Shown here: positions 13,232 through 25,700 of the stretch, one piece after another
Position numbering within the stretch: the stretch's first letter is position 1
How the letters are laid out: each line of letters begins with the position of its first letter
Assembly: GCA_964187785.1 (NCBI GenBank)
Contig: OZ076409.1
Location: 65,164,001-65,228,000 of the forward strand
DNA: 64,000 bases
From: Amphiscolops sp. MND2022
Lineage: Eukaryota
Reading direction: 5' to 3'
Translations under genes and position numbers: made by a program
The notes under the pieces: model-generated
Seen by the model: the letters and a program-made list of their open reading frames with translations, nothing else
Database searches by the model: none
What the model was told of the DNA's origin: nothing

Positions 13232-15019
13232 CAAGGCTGGCATGTTAAATAACAGTGTTAATTAACAATACCTTATTTAACTGTTTTTAACACAAAGATT
13301 TTTAACAATGTGTTAATTATGTTAAATATTTCATTCAAATTGGGCATTTCAGATAGCCATGGGACGTGTTAAAAGTGACATATGGATACATTTTACGGAA
13401 GTTAAAGTGGGAGATGTTGTAAGAGCTCGTTGTAAGGGTTGTGATCACGAAATGGTGAACAACGCAGAGCGGATGAAAAGTCACTGGGCATCATGTTCCA
13501 AGAAAAATGATACAAGTGAAGGCCCTAGCGCCCCAAAACAGCCCCGTCTTACCCAGTCCACTTTAAGTATTCCAACAAATTCACACAAAAAGGAAGACGA
13601 AATTAACATGCTCATTGCCAAATTTATTATTGGAACCAACAGTCCATTTTTGCATGTCGAGAATAAAAACTTCTGTCGTCTTGTTGACGCCTTGCGCCCT
13701 GGAACAAAGATTCCAAATCGTCGAACACTTGCAGGTCCTCTTCTTGACAAGTTGTTTGAGCAAGAAAAGAATAAAATTGAACGACTTGTAAAAGGCCAAG
13801 TATGCACAATGATTATCGATGGCTGGTCTACAAAAATGATGGAACCAGTTATTGGAGTAGCAATAAATGTAGTGGGTAAAGGTTACCTCTTTGATACTCT
13901 TGACACTACTGGTCAGCCACATACAAGCGATTATCTCATTGATCTTAGTAAGAATCAGATAGCAAAAATAGAGAATGAGTGGGGTGTTCGTGTCAGTTCT
14001 GTTGTTACGGATAACGCCAGCAACATGGCAGGTTTTCGTCGTATGATTAAGGACCCTTCAGCACTATTGCATACATATGGGTGCCAAGCACATCATATGA
14101 ACTTACTGGCAAAGGAAATAGGAAGTAAAATGAAAGTCCCAATTGAAAAGATAGTGAAAGTGGTTAAACATTTGAGGAATCATCATGCTGAAAGTGCTTT
14201 GCTACGACAACATGAATTGCCCCGTCCCCCTCTCCCTGTTGAAACACGGTGGAACTCCCTGACCGATACTTTAAAGTATTTTGTTGACCACTGGTCGACG
14301 TTGGTTGTTGTTATCAATACAATCATGAAACACTGCTCAAAGCGACTCGTCAACTCTCAGCGAATGTCTTGAGCTTTGGTTTAATCTACGAATGAAAGTG
14401 CCCGAACAGTTTGCCCAAGAAATGAGCCATAGGTATAACAAAGCTGTATTGGATACTCCAGTGATGCTGGCAGCAAACCTACTTGACCATCGTTATGTTG
14501 GCCAAAATCTCGATTCCCAAGAAAATGCAAAAGCGCTCGCATATCTTAAAGAAATTAACGAAAGTATCATTCCAGAGGTAATGAAATACATTTCGAAAGT
14601 ACCACCATACAGCCAACATTATTTTGAAGGAACCTTTAAAGACGCTGACCCTGTATCATGGTGGACATCGGGATTAAGATTGGGGTTTGATAAAACATTG
14701 TCTGATATTGCTGTTTCGTTGGTGTCTTGTACAAGTTCTTCTGGGGGGATTGAACGTTGTTTTTCGACTTTGGGGGCAACCTATGGAAAACTCAGAACAT
14801 CGATGGGAGTTGAAAAAGCTGGCAAACTTGCATTTTTATACCGACAACTGAACCTCGACTGACTTATGTACTTAGTTAAATTCCTTAGGTAGACTTAGAT
14901 ATATCTTAGAATAGCTTAGATTTTATTTTTAACATTTTTAACAAATTTAACATGTTTTTTTCCATTTTAACTGTTTTTAACTGTTGAAAATATGTTTAAC
15001 TAACATTTTACCAGCCCTG
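13232..15019 (+). mobile_element. hAT DNA transposon (internally deleted)
   Basis: Perfect 8-bp TSD CTTCCTGT (13224-13231, 15020-15027). Imperfect TIRs CAAGGCTGG / CCAGCCCTG. Subterminal TGTTAA/TTAACA repeats. Encodes a hAT transposase. Confidence 0.92.
13359..14862 (+). pseudogene. hAT transposase with BED zinc finger, disrupted by a deletion/frameshift near 14330
   Basis: BED finger (IWIHF...CKGC...HWASC), IIDGWS, VTDNASNM, CQAHHMNL, TRWNS and C-terminal SSSGGIERCFS. The second frame resumes at ~14332 (AQSDSSTLSECLELW) and runs into ORF 14392-14862. Confidence 0.9.
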
Positions 15020-15509
15020 CTTCCTGTTTTACGCCACAAAAAAATGTTTCGAACATAATCACAGCCAAAATGAGTTTAAAATGTTTTGTTCAAACAAAAA
15101 ACTATTCCAATAGAAGGTAACTTCCTGTTGCGAAACAAGATTTCTCGGAACTTTTTCCTTCCCCCCCCACACACTTTTCAATATGATGTTTTTGCAATTA
15201 ATTATATCTCGATTGCTTTTCCAATGAAACAGTTCAGTTTTAAATTCATTCTCAGGATGATAGTTTAGGATTCAGATACAAACTTTGTTCACACTTTTTC
15301 CCTATGTAGTTACGCATTTTTGATGAAGAAATAAACGGCTTCCTGTTTTGAGTCATCAATAAACACTCAATACGAACATGATTATAGTCAAATTGTGTGA
15401 ACAATGTTTTGTTCAAGCGGAAAACTACTCTAATAAGGTGGGGACAACAAAACAAAGGAAAAGACTTATTCGAAGAAATATTGAATGATATAGTCAAATA
15501 TAATCCTTT

Positions 15510-17672
15510 TGTTGGAACTCTCGTTCCTAGACAAACTAGCTTCTTCTAGCTCTACAGTAGGATTTCCGCTATTTTCAGTCCTGGTCGTCGAGTAACCTTG
15601 TTCTGAATTAACGCTCGATAAACTGTCAACTTTGGACGACAGGTTCTCAATCAATTTTAATATCTCACGTTGATTGAGTTCAGTGTCTTTGAGACGTTTG
15701 GAAATTCTATTCTCAATTTTATTGGATATGTCTTCAAAATCCCTTTCCGAAAGTGTGGTGTTTTCGTCGTTAACAGAGCTTGCGGTTTCTACGTCAAACT
15801 GGCTAGTCGACTGATCACTCCTCAACTTCCGTTTTTGAGATTTCTCAGGCATCTTGTAAAAATAGTGGAGGAACAATATTCCAATTAAACTTGAATCGTT
15901 ACAAACGTAATGGAGGCTTCAGTTCAATGATTTTCCAAAGTTTTCCGAAACAAAAGTAATTATATTAAGCAAAGGCAATTAACTCGATTATTACAAAAGT
16001 AAAATTTTCAGAGAATGATTAATCAAACGCACTTGAAAAATAAAATTGTCTTCTCTCTTTTCCTAATCCCGCTTCAGGTATTTATACTTTACGCTAGACA
16101 CGCGGAGAAAAACCCCGCGCGTGAATTCACACCTTGTTCACCTCGGCGTCCTTTCTGAAGCGGGGAAATCCAAATAAGGTATTCTTCCTCGGGACTCGGC
16201 ATTCGGTTTCAACCCACTTTAAAGAAAAGTGGGAATTCACTTCCTGCCGCTTCCCAATTCCGCGTCCCTTTCTTCTTCATTCCCCGCCTTTTCAAGACGC
16301 CGAAGGTGAAGTTGGCACTGAAATTCATGAACCTAGCTACTGAAGCGGGAAAAGGAAATGAAATTATCACCGAACAATCCCAAATTTTACTACTAGTAAT
16401 TTAAGGGAAACATTAAAGAAATAAACTAACAGCACTGATTTCTTCTAAATCAGATGATTATGGCCGTTAATTAGCACTTTAAATTGAAGCTAACGAAAAA
16501 GTCCTGGGTGAACGCCAGGTAACGAATTTCATTTAGAGTGACCTGGCCGTTTGACCGGGCTATTGACTCAACTATGTATTAACAAAACATTGCATGTGAG
16601 GACTGGAAAAGGCAGCACTGGGGGTTGTTTTACTATATTATCGTCAAATATCGCATTTAGCAGGGGCAACATTGTTATTAGGTTAACTATAGGGCATGTA
16701 TTAATTGAATACGTTCGGTCAGCTGTCCAGGCTCTTGTAATATTAAAGAAATTTAGCGCTCCGCCTGGGAAGTTGACTCAACTACAAGGTGGACCGAACG
16801 CGTTAAAAATACTACAAGCATCATCGATTATTACTCATTGGAAATACTTTTGGTATTTAGCTTCTTTTAAGCCACAAAACATTTATCTAGAGTTAGCATC
16901 GATTATTTGTACTTGATTGATCAGTTAGAGTGACTGAACGAGCGTCCCGGCGGTCGTCCCAGATTATAAATTTAGAACGGTCGTCCCGGTGGTCGTCCCA
17001 GATTATAAATTTAGAACGGTCGTCCCGGCGGTCGTCCCAATTATCGGGATCGACAAATCTTCAATCACACCTTTTCATGCTATAAATATCACGTTTTCGA
17101 TCTTCACTATTGAATACTGCACAATTTAAGCTTCTTCTAAGCTTTGGATTTGTATTCACTTCACACGTGACGTCACTTAATATATTAGCACTTTGATTAA
17201 TTCGATCGAGCTCCCAGGCGTGCGTCCCAGTCTTTGCTGACCGGTGGCTTGACGAGTATAGTAGCTGAGTTAATACTGCACATTCGCGCTTGGCGCTGAT
17301 TGGTTAATTAAAAGGACAGTGAGAATTAGTGTGTTTTGCTACGCAGATATTGGGACGGTAGGCTGGTCAGTGCGCTGGTTGGAATAACTTCAATCAGCGT
17401 ATTGGTCAAGCTACTGCAAACAAATCACATTTACAACAAGTTATTATTATTTAATTATTTACATATTTATGTATTTCAGGTACTGCAGAGGATTGATGAT
17501 ATTAATATTATGCACTTACAGGGTTGTTCAATATCAATGAGTGTTTGTTTGTTGATTGTTTCCTTTCAGGTTTGTGATGGTTTATTAGCTTCTTCTTGGT
17601 TAATTTCTCCATTTCTTTCCTCTGGCGTTCTCTCTGTTCTTATTATTTCACGGCCCTGTGGCGGCTGTGACA
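15510..17672 (-). repeat. 3' LTR of element A
   Basis: Direct repeat of 29185-31347 (offset 13675); duplicated ORFs in the ORF track. Confidence 0.96.
16944..17039. repeat. 39-bp tandem repeat (~2.5 copies) in U3 of LTR A (also 30619-30714)
   Basis: Unit GTCCCGGCGGTCGTCCCAGATTATAAATTTAGAACGGTC. Confidence 0.85.
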
Positions 17673-18216
17673 GTCCCCGGCTTTGATGAGAGACGTCCAT
17701 TGTGGGAAGAAGTGGTGAAATTGGCCTGAATGGGGAAGAGATGGGGGGTTGAAATATAGACTGTACCATTGAATCATAAGACATCCAGGACGAATCTGTT
17801 GACCAGTCACTTCCTGAGAAGTAACCTATCGAACTAGAGTTACTAGAGATGGGGCTGATTGTCCCATCGTGCGGCCCGTATAGCCAATTGTCCATATTCT
17901 CGTAGTTTCTAGGGGGGCTCATGAATTCGTCGTCCGGGATAATTGGGTTGAAGTTTGTAAATTTCCTGGATGGTAATGTATCTGATTGGGCTGTTTCTAG
18001 TATAGATATAGGCGCCGACTCATGATAAAGGACAATATGTTCTGTCCCAGTATTGATAATCTCGTAAATATCTTCGATAATTGGTGTTTGAGTATTTTCG
18101 CAATTATCATCAAGCGCTGTAGGTGTTGAATGTGCGCGGGGGTTTACTGGGGCAGCGTCTTGGTCGCGGTCCAAAATGAAATAATCGGTTGAGGAATTGA
18201 GTGTCGATGAATTCAT
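17566..18216 (-). CDS. Element A sense accessory ORF (acidic, Ser/Pro-rich, unknown function) extending into the 3' LTR
   Basis: Open frame of ~216 codons from ATG 18216 that crosses the LTR boundary at 17672. Same position as ORF 57083-57865 in element B, with an SDWSTD vs SDCSTD motif. Confidence 0.6.
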   Translation of the reverse strand: MNSSTLNSSTDYFILDRDQDAAPVNPRAHSTPTALDDNCENTQTPIIEDIYEIINTGTEHIVLYHESAPISILETAQSDTLPSRKFTNFNPIIPDDEFMSPPRNYENMDNWLYGPHDGTISPISSNSSSIGYFSGSDWSTDSSWMSYDSMVQSIFQPPISSPFRPISPLLPTMDVSHQSRGLSQPPQGREIIRTERTPEERNGEINQEEANKPSQT

Positions 18217-18498
18217 TTGATCCGATGAGTAAATAAATTGTATGCAATAAATAGTAATAGTTGTAAGCAATGCTGAGCGGCTGTTCTGCGGAATGGTCGA
18301 GTAATTGAATGATAATTCCGTTCTTTTCTTCTGTTCACGCCGCTTGCATGAATGGGAAAGTTTTCAGCTGGCAGACTGAATGACTTCCATTACGTCATAC
18401 TAATAGTATCGAATAATAATAATCTCATTGGTTTTACGCCACGTCTTCTGTTGGTTTATCTTGGTAGTTATCTTTTAGATTGCTTTGGATAGTAGAAA

Positions 18499-21400
18499 AT
18501 GGCTGAGTCGACGGATGAGGATGCCGCGCGCTTTATGCGTTCGCGGGAGATTGGAGTATTGGAAAGTGAGTTCGAGTCGCGGGGCGGTGATGGAGAAAAT
18601 ACGGAGTGTGAGTTGACTTCTGGGAACGAGCAAGGATTGGGTGACGACAGTTCTGCTGCTGAGGGTCAATTGGTGATCGCAGAGGAGTCAGCTGATGTTG
18701 ATCGTGAGGAAGTAGCACAGTCTCCTGTGATTGCTGGTTCTGCTGTTCGGCCCGCGGCTGGTTTCGGCCAGATTGACGAGAGTGATAGTGAAGAAGGCGA
18801 TGTTGAAGGAGATGGAAACTGTGGCAACTCGGATCATTCCACTGAGAGTGACAACAGACATTCTCTGGATTATCTTTGTGACCGACAGGGTAAGTCCTTT
18901 AGCTATTTGTTAGTGGCCAGCTAACAGTTTTATGCTAGTAAACAGACGCGTCATTCTTCTAATGGAATATGGGTTTTGTGCAGGTGATAGTGATGATCCT
19001 CGTGATGCAGATTTTGTACCCGGTAGTTCTGTCGGTGGTTCTGGTGGGCGCCGTAGCAAGCGATTGCATTCTGTTCTTCCGGATGAGGCTACGAAACGCT
19101 CTCGGGTGTCTGTTGTGGATTCATCAGATGACGAGGGTAGTGATGACTCACTGTTTCTGCAGTTGCCCAAATCCAGTAGGTATTCGTTCTGTCATGGTCG
19201 TGTTACATCAGGACTGGTGATGTTGAGTATTGATTGTTTTCCAGGTAATACTTCGCCGATGCGTGGTGCGGGTACTCACCATGAGTCTGGTCCAGCTTCT
19301 GGCGATGTGACTTGCGGGACGTCTGCCAGCGTGGGTGGCACTGTTGCTTTCGAACCTGGGCCCTCTTCTGGGAAATCTCGGGAGCGCACCCAGCATTCTC
19401 GGCCTAGTGTAGGTCTGGAGCGTTCAGTCCTCCACAATGAATGGGAGAAAGGTAACTATTATTGGCGTTATGAACTTCGCTGCTTTATTTCCATGTCCTT
19501 CTTCGTATGCTCTGTAGGCTTGTGTCTCATCCTGGTTGGTTTCTTTAGCGGGTCTCTCGGATATCCCAGCTGGAGCGGTGTGCCTGTCCTCCTCACAAGT
19601 GCTGGCTTTCGGGCAGGCTGCTGTTCGACTGGAACGGAGTCAGAAACGGGAAGATGATCGTAGTCTGTCGAAACGTTAGTTTTCGTTGCATTTGAGTTTA
19701 TTTATGTGTTTGTTGGTTGATCTATCGTCTGGTCTGTTCTCACATTACTGGTTGTCTTCTATCAGTGTATGCTTCGGTGTATTGGTTTGTTTGTGTGTTT
19801 AGGTCTCACTGAAATCGTCCGCCTGTTGAAGTCAAAAGGGATTTACATGCAGTCCAGACAGTCCCAGATAAGTGTGGAAGAAGAGACAAAACGCCGGCTC
19901 TTTGCTAAGTATAAGAGGAGGAAACTGCGACAAGTGGAGCGGAATGTACTGCGGAAGGAAATGGCTAGTCATCCATTGCCGCAGCTATTTGTGAGTCGCA
20001 GATCTGACCGGAATCCCAATGGGTTCAATTGTGCTGTGTGTCGCCGAGACGTGTCTTTCCTCAGTCGGGGTGAGCCGGAGATTTGGCGTCACTTTACCCG
20101 CAAGAGCCATTTCTTAAAGGATCGGCGTTATCGTCTGGACCACGAAGATGTACTGTATACTACCCGATTCGATGAAGTGCCTGTGTCGTCTATTTCGGCT
20201 GAGTTGCGTGCAGAGATCGAGGAGACTCCTGTGGTAGTCTTGGGCAAGAAGAATCCTTTCATAGAAGATGAGGTCGATGCGTTAGTTGGGGTGGTTTCCA
20301 ACGTGCCATCTTCAACTCTGGTTGGAGGCCTATTTGAATTGCTTCGGAGTGGGGGTTCTCATCGTTTTCTGAGACGGTTGTGGAGCCAATTTCAAGCGGC
20401 ACTTCCAGTGGATTCAAATTGCGCTCAGGCGACCTGGAGCAAGACTGAAACGTTGGTGATTATTGGACAGACCCTATATCCCCGGATTCTCCGCCGGGTG
20501 CAAGGATGGGTGAAGGATTCCTTTTCCAGTGTTAGTCTGCGGGAGGATCGTGATGGTTTGCGTTTCAATGTACACTGTTTTGCTAGTGGTACTCTGCGTG
20601 AAGTTTGCATTTTGTGGGAACCTAACTCGCCGGGTCTCTGTGATTCTGAAATTATTGGTCTGACGCGGATATTTGCAATTCTACCAGCCGGGCAGTCACC
20701 TGTTTGCCTGCGAGGGTTTTCATCGACTCTCTTCAATGTGGTGACCGAATGGTGTGTCGAGCAGTGTCGCCCCAAGCCCATGTTCATTTCTGAATATACC
20801 CCAAAAGTATTCAAAGAGCATGTGCAAGAAGCTGGTAAAAATGGTTCTAGTGCTCTGGATTGCTTCGCTCTTATGGACTATCTGTTGTTGCGTTTACAAC
20901 GTGCTGTAAATCAGTCTTGGATGCTTGGACTTGCGACCTTGCGTCGTTGCATTCAACAGCGAGATATCCCTTTCACCTCTCTCAGTGTTGTTCTTGATGA
21001 GATCGTCAGTCATTGGGGAGATATTAAATTGTTCTTGGGGGAGGGTGGTGTTGTCTCGTCATCCCGGAGCAAAGTTCCGCAGGACCTGAGTCAGATGGTG
21101 TTGGCCGATGACCATATTTTGCCCCGACTGTGTGTGCTTCAAGTGCTGGTTCTGTGTTTCATGGCCAATTTTGAGAAACAGTTCGTGATGGAAATTACCG
21201 ACTACAGTTGTCGAAATTATAGTGAATTCTGCTTCTTTTATTGGAGTCTTCTTGGCAAAGTTAAGAAGCTGTCTGAACTTCCTGAAATTGATGCCTGGAG
21301 CGAGTATGTCGGCAAACCCTTGACTACCTGGTCAAACCTCTCATATGCGGAGTGTTTGGTTGGAGAGCCCATTGTGGTGAAGGCATTGGTTGGATCTACT

Positions 21401-22426
21401 GCTGCACTACGTCGTTCTTTCCTTCGCGAGGGTCACTCGCTGCTCATGGGATTTTTGAGAGTGTTGAATGAATCTGCCTTTATGAATTCTCGCCTGTCCT
21501 CCAGTTTGAGTTGTTTTTCGCCGGATATGTTGCTTCTTGGCGAGGAATCATATACTGTTGAGCTCTTTCGTGGTCTGGTTGCTTGTTACCTAGAGTGTGG
21601 ACGTTTGACTGATGTAGAGGCCGAAGGGTCCTGTAATGAATTCAAGTCCTTCTTAGTGGAATTGCGTCGACGGAATCGCCGAGTGGTGTCCAACATCAAA
21701 GACACTTTTAGCTTCATGCGGGAGTCTGAGGCTTTCGGTTGTCGGGACCATTTGTCGCGTGTTGTTCAGTTGTCCTCAGTTCTGGTGGTACCCCGTGAGG
21801 TGTCATATCCTGATGTGGATATCTCGTTGAGTGGTGTAGCTGTTCCAGCAAAGATTCTTACTTCAGCTATTCTCTCTGTGCAGTCTTACGTTTCCTTCTC
21901 TGGGTTCAGTTCCGGGGAGTTGTTGACAAAAGACTGTCTGGATGATTTAAAGGTCAATCTCCCTGCTGGAAAGAGTTTCATCGATGACGTTAGTTTCTCT
22001 CCATGGACATCGGTATATCAGCATTGCCACCAGGAGTTGTACCGCAGTTTGCGTGATCGTTTCGACGCGTATTTCCTGGAACAGGTGGATGATTGGCGTC
22101 ATCGTCTGGGCACTCTGTCAAAGATGGCTGTTGCAGGTACTGGTGGTTCTAGTGTTGCGCCGTCTGCCGATGCTGCTGTTGTCAGTCCGCATGCTGGGGC
22201 AAGTGTGTCCCGTGATGCTGGTAGTATTCAAGATGTTTCTCCCAGTACGCCACCTCCTTCAGCTGCTAATGTTGTCGATAAGTCGCTACTGATGTGTAGT
22301 CCTGTGCGGTCAAGTGACGTTACCCGGGTTTTGCAGCAAAGACGCCAGGAACGGAAAGAAATGTTGTCTTCGAATCAAGCTTCATCGAGTGCTTCAAAGG
22401 ACAAGAAGAAAGGAAAGAGGCGATGA
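18499..22426 (+). CDS. Element A antisense spliced gene: C2H2 zinc finger plus hAT-transposase-like body lacking recognisable catalytic motifs (~1175 aa predicted)
   Basis: Predicted exons 18499-18889, 18984-19175, 19245-19408, 19518-19674 and 19803-22426, all GT-AG and phase-consistent (introns 2 and 3 least certain). C-x2-C-x16-H-x5-H finger. Colinear similarity to the element B antisense gene. Confidence 0.8.
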
Positions 22427-22748
22427 TGATTTCGTAATTTGTTGGAACGTTGAACTGTGTATCTTTATAGTTTGGTCTTTATTGTTGTTGGCACTTTGTC
22501 TACTTTGTTCTGTATTATGTATGTTGTTGAATGGGCTGAAGTCTTTTAATCAAATGTAGTTAGTATTGCAGCCAAAGAAAAGGGAATGGATATATTTGTC
22601 CGTAGTGGGCATGGAGAGTCTGTAGTATATTTTTGGCTCTTTGTATTGTTTTTCCTTGAGTGCGTAGACGAGTTGTAGGGATTTGAGTCAGTTTTAGGTC
22701 AATTGAGTGAGTAGTAGGTGTACCATTTCATGAATTCATATTGGAAGT

Positions 22749-25700
22749 TTATTCATTTGAGCTAACAACCATTGGGTTGTAGTAGGCGTAGTCCCTTTTC
22801 CAATTTGAAGGGGGGTTGCTGCGAAGGTTATATTTGCCTTTGCGGGGGGAACTAGGCTCTGGGTTTGGGTTGGGTTCTGGTTGGGATTCCTGTTGTTCGG
22901 GTTGGGGTTCCGTTAGGATATCGTGGGTGTCATCCTGGGCAATGTTTTCTAAGACGTCATGACTATCTGTCGGGTTGATTGCCGATTCGTTGTTGGAATC
23001 GTGGTTATGGGTCATCACAAAGTGTTCAAACCCTGATTGCCAGGCTAGGGCGTATAGGTCATCGTGTAGGGTTTCAACTTCATCGTCTGGTTGAAAGTCC
23101 TTGGTTTGAACTTGTATATCGGGAAGGCGATTTTTCGTGGGACATGGTTTCAGTCGTATTCTGTGTAGAATTTGGGTCTTGTTCGTTTGTAATTTACGAA
23201 CTAGGTAGTTGTTGTTGGGAAGGGTTTTAACTACTACGAATGGTCCTGTCCATAAATACTCGCGGAAAGGTAGTTTCGATCCCTGGTTGTTTGCCTGGGG
23301 GTGTAAGGCGTAGCAGTAGTCGTTTGCTGCTAGGGGGTGGGCAGAAGCTTTTTTATCGTAGTACTGTTTGTACCGTATGTAGGAGTGGAGGAGGTGTTTG
23401 GTTACTGATTGGTGTATCATCCGGGTCTTCTGGACGACTTCTTCGCCTATGTCTGTTTTTGGGTTTTGGGTTTGGTTCTGTTTGAGACCGAACTTTAAGT
23501 CAAGCACATTGTATGGTATTCTGCCATGGAATACTCTACTGGGTTCGCACCCTAGTGCTGAGTGGTAGGTTGTGTTGTAGTTTAGTGTGGCGGTTGGTAC
23601 GAACTGGTGCCACATTGTTCTCCTTTCTCCTGTTGATATTTTCAGGGCTTCTTTTAAGGATGCATGACAGCGTTCTAGGATACCAATTGTTTGGGCATGT
23701 TTTGTAGTTGCGTGTCTCAATTGGATGCCTAGAACGCGTGTGGTGTCAGCCATTACTGCGGACATGAATTGAGTTCCTTTGTCAGTTATGATCGTTGTGG
23801 GCAGGTAAGCATGTCTTGTCATTATGTCTACCAGTACTCTTGCGATCGAGCGTGCATCTATTTTGGTGACACAATAGGTAAATAGGTAGCGGGAAAAGAC
23901 GTCCATGGCGGTGACTATCGCTGTGAATCCGTTGGATGGCTCGTCGAAGGGGACGATGTCCATTTGTAGGGCATCTTCCGGTCCCATTGCCAGTTTGGAC
24001 GTGTCGATCATTGGTGGGGTTAGGAGGCGATTGTCTGTTCGTTTTGTTTGCATGCATTTCATGCATTGGTTGATATGTTTGGCTATCCTTGCTGCGAGAC
24101 TTGGGTAGTAATACTTTTCTCTGCATTGTTGTATTACTTTCGTTATTCCCGGGTGTTTGTTGTGCATTCCATGGTGTGCCTCGATGAAGGAGTTGACCAG
24201 TTGCTCCGGGAGTAGTACTTGCAGGTGTTTGACTGTTCCGGTTTCTCCGAAGTACTGCCGGTATAGCAGCCCGTCCTTGAGTATGATTCTCGATTCTTGC
24301 GCTGTGTAACGGAGTGCCCTGTGGTCTGTGGCCATCAGGTGTTCATCGTATGGTTCCTTGAGGAGGCGCAGTTTGTAGTTTCTGAGGACACTGTCTTGGT
24401 CCTGTTGGTGTCGCATGTCAGTTGGGAGGGTGTTTTCTTTGTCTTCGGTGGTTTTGTTGTGTCTTGTTATTTCCGTTTGAAATATGACTGTGGTGTCTTC
24501 TGTTTGGACTGTTTCATTATTTGCTTCTTCTCCTGGCGTTGGCGGGGTGTCGTTCCCTAGAATTTTCTTGCGGGCTCTTTGCTTCCTCTCCCAAATCTGT
24601 TCTTCGGTTTCAATATCATCGTCGGGGAGGAAGTAGAACTGTTCCTCTTCTGCGACGTTGGAGGATTGAATGTGCACCTCTATTGGTGTTGTTTGAATGT
24701 CGTCTCGGATCAAGAGTTGGACTTTTTCCTTTGGGTCTAGGTCAAGTCGGGAAAGGAAATCAGCTGCGGTGTTCATGCGCCCTGGGACGTGGGCGATCGT
24801 AAAGTTGAATTGTAGGACGAAATCGCAGGCGTTCCACAAGGCTGGTGGTATTATTTTGGTTTGAAAAAACCGTGTGACGGACTTGTTGTCTGTTAGGACG
24901 ATGACCGGTTTGGTCGATCCCCACAATATGTGGCTGTATTCCATGAAGGCGAAATATATAGCCAAGAATTCTTTGGCATATATTGACATTTTGATTTGGG
25001 ACGGAGAGAATGTCTTGGAACCAAACGCCACCGGGGCGTAAGTCTTTTTAACTGAGGTCAGTTTTTCATCAGCGTTTTCTTCAATCATGAGGGCGTAGCC
25101 TGCATTTTTGAAGTTCGCGTCTGTCATGAGGACGTACTGTTTGTTGGGTAGTGGTTGTTTCAGCCATAGCCCACAAGCGTTGTCAAGTGCCTTGTTGATG
25201 TTGTCGAATGTCCCGATGATCTCGTTTGTGATCTTGATTGGTTTGTCTGCCTTGACTAATTCGTGGAAGGGTGCTATCTTTTCGGAGAGGCGAGGTATGT
25301 AGTTCCGATAATAATTAACGAAACCAATATACCTCTGGAGGCCCTTTTTGGTTTTTGGGAACGACAGTTTTTGTAGGTAGTTCTTGATCTTGTGACTCTG
25401 TGGGGCGATTCCTTCGGGTGAGACTGTTCGTCCAAGGAATTCGACTTCCTTGGCACCGAACTGACATTTAGCCATTGTCAGACGCAGACCTGCTTCTCTT
25501 ATGCACTGAAAGACCTCACGCAGGTTGTTCTTCAGCTCCTCGGCAGTATGGGTAGCTATCCCGATGTCGTCGACGTACTGGGCGCACTTGTCGGCTTTGA
25601 TGACTCGGTCAAGGTACTCCCGCATAAAGCTCGAGAAGGAGGAGAGAGATCTGCTGAGCCCTTGTGCGAGTCGCAGGTAGGCGAATGTCCGACTGGCAAA

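Noticed and set aside
15466..15876. Standalone genes in the LTR copies (also 16134-17686, 44005-44358, 58350-59587)
   Set aside because: These are LTR duplicates. Only the gag-start frame has support; the others lack motifs, and several start at non-ATG codons.
19769..22426. Extra ORF as an env gene (errantivirus-like)
   Set aside because: It is antisense, with no signal peptide, furin site or transmembrane anchor apparent, and it has a zinc finger and basic tail. The hydrophobic start of the track ORF falls in a predicted intron.
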